From Selaginella moellendorffii (taxonomy: Eukaryota; Plantae; Lycopodiophyta), in NCBI RefSeq assembly GCF_000143415.4, contig NW_003314373.1, positions 1 to 64,000 on the forward strand: 64,000 nt of DNA, in the 5' to 3' direction. A program made the position numbers and the translations under genes. Positions 57,011 through 64,000 of this stretch are shown piece by piece. Position 1 is the stretch's first letter. Every line of letters starts with the position of its first letter. Below the pieces are notes generated by a model. The model saw nothing but the letters and a program-made list of their open reading frames with translations. It did no database searches and was not told where the DNA came from.

Positions 57011-59520
57011 GCTGAAAATCCAGTAAATCCAAAACAGGTTTGTGTTGGCACTTTTATATTTTTCCTGATTCTTTTTGTATGGTACAGTATAAAGGGAAGA
57101 ATCCAACTCAACAAGAGCAGGTTCTATCTCTTTTCTTACTCTTGTTTTATGGTGCAGTCTTAGGGAGGGAAGGAAGTAGTCATTCAACGTTGGAAAGAAT
57201 GGATGACAGCAGACATAAAAAAATCAGATCATAGTCAAAACTAAAGTCATGGACTGCTTGTCATTGAATGCTGACTTGCTGAAGAGTTTAGATGATATAA
57301 AGAATGTTCAGATGCTGCCACGGGAGATTGTTAAGATGATGCCAAAAGATGGCTTCAGGAGGCACCAGGTCATTAAGTAGGTTTGGGAAGTGCATGAGCC
57401 ATTTTTGCAGGAGATGTTTGGGATCTTGAATATTAATGAATTGACTGTAAAGTGAGTGGAAGAGTCACTGTAATTGTCTTGGTGCAGTTTTCCCAAACAC
57501 AAAAGAGTACTAGCCTGGTTTAACTTATAAGTTTGTCAACATCTTGTTGCTCAGAAGGCGTCCAAAGAGATGTATTATTTTTGGGATCCATTATAACTAT
57601 TTGGATTGATTAGGTTTCTTTCTTCTACTCTTCTTACAATTCCCAGATATTTTAAAGCATGGAGACACTCCCCAATCCAAAACATCTTTAGCACACCTTT
57701 AACTCTAGTATAATGCTTTAGCTATTGTGCTTTCCATGCAATATGCTTATGCTAATGATTAGCTCTTTACTCCAGTGTCATAAATTTCTATAGCAGCTCT
57801 TCTATTTTTCATGTCTCATATTAAACAATATGCTATTTTATTTATATGTTAGTGGCATTTTGTTTTATTTTTTCTAGTGGACACTCCTTTATGTTTTAAT
57901 ACATGTGATTATAGGATGAAATTTAGATATGCTGTCACTATGGATCTTTGAAACTTTGAGGGATAATTTAGATAACATAACCATTAAGAGCTCTTTATTA
58001 AGCAAATTCTTTTTTAGTTGGTTTAAGGGAAAAACAATAAAATACACTACATTTATATGTCGTTGATGCCCTCTCTCATCTATTACTGATACATCCTCCC
58101 ACCCATACCTCCTACCTGCCCACTCATGTTTTTTGCTTGTGACTCCTATTTGTAATTCCCATACTTGCAACTCTCAGCATATATTTTATTTAATTCCTAT
58201 ACCAATTTCATTATATTAAAAATCTTGTATTTTTTCTATGGTATCAATTTTTAAAGGTAAATAATAAATTTAACTTCATATTTCTTCAAGAAAATCATTC
58301 AGAATCAATCATGGCTTGATAAAATGCAATGATCTATAAAAATATAGATTATTTAGATTGAAATTTATTTAAATCAAATGAAACTATAATCCTATTATGT
58401 ATATATTACACAAATGTGTGAATAAGTTTTTAGATGGTAAGAGGAGACAGAGTGATAAAATAGATTTTTGGAAATTCTCCAACAAAAATCATGATCATAA
58501 AGATTTGAAACAACCCCAAAACATTAAAGTTTATCATCAATTATGTATTTTATTTAATAAAAAATATTGTTACTAATTTTATGATACATGATAATGAATG
58601 ACAATAAGTAAAAAAATATCCATCAAAATATGCAACATCAGCAAAATCTAATTAAATACTAAAATAGAGATAATTTATACTACATAAAATTTAGATGTGA
58701 ATATATCACTTAAACTATTCCTCCATCAAAAGTTATAAAAATTACTTTACAATAAAAGATGATAAATATTTTATAAAATTTTTCTCATGAAAAAGTTAAT
58801 GAAACTCGAAAATGATACAATAAAAAGTTCTAAGTTTAAAGCTAGGCCAAATGATCTTATTTATATTATAGTAAAATTTCAATAACACATTTATAGTTAT
58901 AGTACATCTTTAAAACAAACAAAACCTTGAATAACATATAAAAAGAAAAATTTTAATAGTTTAAATAAAAAAAATTTTCTAGGTAAAAAAGGATTTTAAA
59001 AAAAAGTTTAAATGAAAATTTTAATTTTAGCAAATAATAAATGAAAAAGTTGGCAGAACTCATTTTATCAGTGTGTTATATTAAAGTGCATTAAAATAGT
59101 AAAATATAACTAAGGGTAACATAGAATAAATTTAAAGTGTGCATTGATTGAAATTTAAAAAAATTAATTTAAATTTGGTTAAATGAATGTGAAAAAAAAA
59201 GCCTATAAATCATATAAATGGAAAGAGTGAAAGAACATATTTAATAAGAGAATACTTACCTATCATGTTATATTACTACTCCTTTGTTTAATGTCTGCCA
59301 CGTAGGCTTGCGCCACGTCGGACAGTAATGGCCACTAGTTTTCTTTGTGCCACGTATCCTCCAGTCTAGAAGCACGTATCGTTGTGTCAAGGCGCCAAGC
59401 CAGGAGCCAAGCGCTCCACACATCGCATTGCGCGATCCAGCAAGGTATTTTAGGGACTCTAGAACTCCAAATCCTCGCATTAGCAGTGTAGCTCGCATTG
59501 GAATCCACGATCGTCTAGCA

Positions 59521-61774
59521 ATGGCGTCGGCCACAGCCAGCGTTGTGGCGATTCGAAGCCCTAGCTCCAGCGCGCTGGGCAAGGATTACCTCGGCCACAA
59601 GCTCGCGGTAAGCATCCAGCCTCTGGCAGTGCAGAGCTCGAGAATCCATGTCGTCGCATCCCAGCAGCAAGATTCTAGTGGCAGTAGCACCGGTAGGAGA
59701 GGATTGCTGAGAAAGATCGGTCTAGGCGTGGCTGGAATCTCGTCCTTGGTAGCTCAAAAGGCTAGAGCAGCGGAAGAACAGCAAGGGGTGGCCTCGTCAA
59801 GGATGTCCTACTCGAGATTTCTGGAATACTTGGACATGGATCGAGTTAAAAAGGTGGATCTTTTTGAGAATGGAACAGTGGCAATCGTGGAAGCTGTGTC
59901 ACCCGAGCTTGGAAACAGGATCCAGAGAGTGAGAGTCCAGCTTCCAGGATTAAACCAAGAGCTGCTACAAAAATTCCGGGAGAAGAACATCGACTTTGCT
60001 GCTCATATACCACAGGAGGATCTGGGTTCCACCGTCGTCAACTTGCTTGGAAACTTAGCGTTTCCTCTTTTGCTCGTGGGTGGGCTCTTTCTTTTGTCAC
60101 GAAGAGGAGGTGGAGGAATGCCGGGCGGGCCAGGGAATCCTCTGGCTTTTGGAAAGTCCAAGGCCAAGTTCCAGATGGAACCAAACACTGGGGTGACGTT
60201 TGCGGATGTTGCTGGAGTTGACGAGGCAAAGCAGGATTTCATGGAGGTGGTAGAGTTTCTAAAGAAGCCCGAGAGGTTTACTGCTGTGGGTGCAAGGATA
60301 CCGAAAGGTGTGCTGCTGGTTGGGCCTCCAGGGACGGGGAAAACTTTGCTGGCCAAGGCCATTGCTGGAGAAGCTGGCGTGCCGTTTTTCTCAATCTCGG
60401 GGTCAGAGTTTGTGGAGATGTTTGTCGGGGTTGGAGCTTCGAGAGTGCGGGACCTGTTCAAGAAGGCCAAGGAGAATGCTCCATGCATTGTTTTCGTCGA
60501 CGAGATTGATGCGGTGGGAAGGCAGAGAGGCACAGGAATCGGAGGAGGAAACGACGAACGAGAGCAAACTTTGAACCAGCTGTTAACGGAGATGGATGGC
60601 TTTGAAGGCAACACGGGTGTTATAGTGATCGCCGCCACCAACAGGTCAGATATTCTCGACTCTGCACTGCTGAGGCCAGGAAGATTTGACAGACAGGTAA
60701 GTCTGAAGATGCAATGCTCGTTCATCCTAAATGGTTTTTCTTTCCTTCGATAGGTGACTGTAGATGTGCCAGACGTGAGAGGCAGAACTGAGATTCTGAA
60801 AGTTCACGGAGCAAACAAAAAGTTTGAAGAGGACGTCAAGCTGGACATTGTTGCAATGAGAACTCCTGGCTTCAGTGGAGCGGACCTTGCGAACCTTCTG
60901 AACGAGGCAGCAATCCTGGCTGGGAGAAGAGGAAGAAGTGCGATATCCGCAAAAGAGGTGGATGACTCCATCGACAGGATTGTAGCTGGAATGGAAGGAA
61001 CCGTCATGACCGATGGGAAAGTGAAAAGCCTGGTTGCTTATCACGAAGTCGGTCACGCTGTTTGTGCGTAAGTATCCGGCTACGTTTTCAGTCTTCCATG
61101 ACTATCAATGTGTTTTGCAGAACACTGACACAGGGACACGATCCCGTCCAGAAACTGAGCCTGGTTCCACGAGGACAAGCTCGCGGATTGACATGGTTCA
61201 TACCAGGTGAAGATCCAACTCTTATCTCCAAGCAGCAAATCTTCGCCAGAGTCGTGGGAGCCCTGGGTGGCCGAGCTGCGGAAGAGGTTATCTTTGGAGA
61301 GCCAGAGATGACAACCGGTGCTGCGGGCGATCTGCAGCAAGTCACACAGATGGCTCGCCAGGTACTTTGCGTGCTCCATTCCATGAATCCACAGGGAGAG
61401 GCTGAGCTCATGACGATGATTTTTTGCAGATGGTGACGGTGTTTGGAATGTCGGAGATCGGTCCTTGGTCGCTCGTCGATCCCTCGGCACAAGGTGGCGA
61501 CGTGATCATGCGGATGATGGCGCGCAACAGCATGTCGGAGAAGCTCGCCGAGGACATCGACAGGTCTGTGAAGTCCATCGCGGACAAGGCGTACGAGATC
61601 GCGCTGGGTCACGTTCGGAAGAACAGAGCCGCCATCGACAAGATCGTCGAAGTTTTGCTGGAGAAGGAGACGATGGCGGGTGACGAGTTTAGAGCGTTGC
61701 TGTCGGAGTTCACAGAGATTCCTGCGCTCAACAAGGTGCCTACAGCTCCAGAGGATGCTCCACTCCCAGTTTAA
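59521..61774 (+). CDS. FTSH2: Thylakoid FtsH protease, type B (FtsH2/FtsH8, VAR2); exons 59521-60696, 60754-61067, 61121-61361, 61430-61774
   Basis: Transit peptide, twin-Arg [20 protein letters not shown], Walker [31 protein letters not shown] zinc motif, [13 protein letters not shown]. Confidence 0.97.
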
Positions 61775-62592
61775 AAGGGACCTGTAAAAACGAGTTATAC
61801 TAACTTCATGAGTGAATGTTTTGGGTTGGAACTAATAATATAATATCCTCTTAGAATATTCATGTATTTTGAAGTAATTTGCAAGACCCAAATGCTCAAG
61901 ATTTTAAATGCCTCACCAATTTGCCTAGTGCATTGCCATGCCCAAGCTCCACTGCTGCATCACACGTAGCATACCAATTCCTATTGCCACGCCTAAATCA
62001 CATACCATTAATGTTAATGTTATACGAATATAATAGCAGAGGACGGACTTTGGCCAAGCCTTTCCAAGCAAATTATCTCGGCAATCCAAAGAAAAGAAAA
62101 GCTCGATGCCCAGGGAGAGGAGAGCATCATGTGGTCTCACTCCCATCGCCATGCCTGTGTTGCCACAACCTAGAGCTTAAAACTTGAGAACTGCATGTCT
62201 CTGCATCTATTATTCTCCCAAAGTTTAGCAAAAAAGATGTGAGAGCTTGTTCTTTAGAAGGCTCGCCCACATTTTGGCGATCAAATAATGAACCACTGGC
62301 AGCCCAACAGAATTATATTGCGGTGGAGAATTCCAAAGAGACTTGTTCTCTGGCGATCCAAACCCTGTGGATCCCAAAACCTTTGCGTCGATTCCAGTGG
62401 CTCTTATCAATTTCATCCCAGCGCAAAGACAAGACACAGCAAAGAGTGCTCGAGTTGAGGTTCTGTGTAGCGTGCCGCACTAAGGAGACCAATAGCAATC
62501 ACACTTGTCTCGCAAGTTCTCCAAGACAAAAACACTACGCTCCTACCTTCTCCCCCAGCCCAGCCCAAAAGTGACCAGCTTGGGAAAAGAGA

Positions 62593-62629
62593 GGGGTACC
62601 GAGAATTGAACTCGGGACCTCTCATACCA
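62593..62629 (-). pseudogene. 3' half of a cytosolic-type tRNA-Pro (truncated)
   Basis: Minus strand GAGAGGTCCCGAGTTCAATTCTCGGTACCCC then CTCTTTT; matches the plant cytosolic tRNA-Pro variable loop and T-arm; 5' half missing. Confidence 0.65.
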
Positions 62630-63016
62630 TAATGATATAATATGCCCTTAGAATATTCATTTTTATTTTGAATAGTAAAAGCTTGGAGTTAACTAATCTA
62701 ATGTATAATTTATAGATTGCTGTTCAACAACTGGAAACAGAAAGATCTGTAACATTACAGACACAAGAAAATATCTAACATTGCAGCACACAAATTAACT
62801 GAAATTAAGCGAGTGTAAACACCGGGAATGCAAAACAAGTAATCGGAAGATGCTGCAGTGAGCAGATTAAGGCAAGTAAAATGACCCCCACCGCCATTTT
62901 CTTGCACAGCAAGCCAACCTTGATTCATCTCGGAAATGAATACCCAAAGGTGACTTGCCTAGCACTCATAAGTTGGTTGGAAATCAGTATTTTATTCACT
63001 CACTGACTTGTGCAAG

Positions 63017-63045
63017 GCTTCTTCTTCTTCTTCTTCTTCTTCTTC
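63017..63045. repeat. (CTT)n microsatellite in the NAC upstream/5' UTR region
   Basis: About 9 perfect CTT units. Confidence 0.9.
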
Positions 63046-63364
63046 CAAGGTTTGGTTTTCCCTTCCTTCGCATGCACACCACTTCGGATCTCTTCCATAG
63101 TCTCTCTTTCGCTCTCTCCTCTTACCCTTTTGGTGGCATTTGCACAGTGCTGGCACCTCTCGAATTCCATCCAAAAGAGCTCCAGCTTCCATCATTTGAG
63201 CTTCTTTCTTTCGGGGTCTGAGCTTCGTCGCAAGAGCTGGATGAACTGACATAGCCGAGCTCCATCGAAGCAGCAGCGAGTAATACAATCACCCGAGAAT
63301 TCACGATCCAATGACTTCGCGCTTAGATTTGTACTTACAGGTTTAGTTTTTTTGCAGGACAGGA

Positions 63365-64000
63365 ATGTCTCCGTTTATGCACGGCCACTCGCACGTCCCT
63401 CCGGGTTTTCGGTTCCACCCCACGGACGAGGAGCTCGTCGGCTACTACCTGTACAAGAAGGTGTCCTCGGAGGCCATCGATCTCGACATAATCCGGGACA
63501 TTGATCTCTACAAGATGGAGCCATGGGACCTGCAAGGTATGGAAGAATTTGTAGCCTCTAGACTCTAGAGCATTCCAACTTCTGCAAGAATGGTAAATCT
63601 TTGACAAAGGTTGGGATCACAGAGGATTGCGCGAGCTCGGCAGATCAGAGCGAGTGGTACTTCTTCAGCCACAAAGACAAGAAGTATCCGACCGGGAGCC
63701 GAACCAACAGGGCCACAACAGCGGGGTTCTGGAAGGCAACAGGGAGGGACAAAGCCATCCACACCAAGTTCAAGCTGATTGGGATGAGGAAGACGCTGGT
63801 GTTCTACAAGGGACGGGCGCCAAACGGGCAGAAGACCGACTGGATAATGCACGAGTACCGGCTGGAGGACGAGCAAAGCGGCAGCGTAAGCTAGAAACTT
63901 GGAATCTATCTTTCTCATCTTAAAAGTACCCCAATTTTTCGCAGGAAGAAGGATGGGTGGTGTGCCGGATGTTCAAGAAGAGGCCGCCGCAGCGATGCCA
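63365..64000 (+). CDS. NAC transcription factor, VNS (VND/NST/SMB) type, runs off the window; exons 63365-63536, 63623-63885, 63945-
   Basis: [89 protein letters not shown]. Confidence 0.93.

Noticed and set aside
60003-60725. 240-aa antisense ORF over FtsH, and similar antisense ORFs over SERAT, the helicase, thaumatin and PPR genes
   Set aside because: Codon-register antisense artefacts of conserved genes.

Overview
Eukaryotic nuclear DNA from a compact, non-seed land plant genome, most consistent with the lycophyte Selaginella (inferred from ~50-75 nt introns, very tight gene packing, S/SS-rich PLS-type PPR genes, Hog/Hint genes and small LTR elements). Left to right the window holds: an AT-rich repeat tract; PPR gene; thaumatin-like protein; a plastid-targeted membrane protein; serine acetyltransferase; a second PPR gene; ALDH10 aminoaldehyde dehydrogenase; U-box/ARM E3 ligase; mitochondrial UCP3-like carrier; an orphan coiled-coil ORF; Prp28/DDX23 helicase; CTR9/VIP6; nitronate monooxygenase; two tRNA-Pro genes; a Dpy-30 protein; two convergent secreted Hedgehog-like Hint (Hog) genes separated by a TRIM-like element, a MITE and a full-length Ty3/gypsy element; CSI1 and TRFL gene fragments; a decayed Ty1/copia carrying a second copy of the MITE; a decayed Crinkler-like NTPase-nuclease gene; FtsH2/8; and the start of a VNS-class NAC gene. 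The standout is the tandem pair at 33346-33568: intact 74-nt tRNA-Pro genes with the land-plant PLASTID trnP body but anticodons AGG and CGG instead of UGG, sitting among nuclear genes with a Pol III-type terminator. They look like a functional plastid-to-nucleus tRNA gene transfer followed by anticodon diversification, possibly re-imported into tRNA-depleted organelles. Second is the duplicated secreted Hog precursor, which may release a small Gly-rich hydrophobic peptide by autoproteolysis. All family assignments come from motif recognition by eye; no searches were run.
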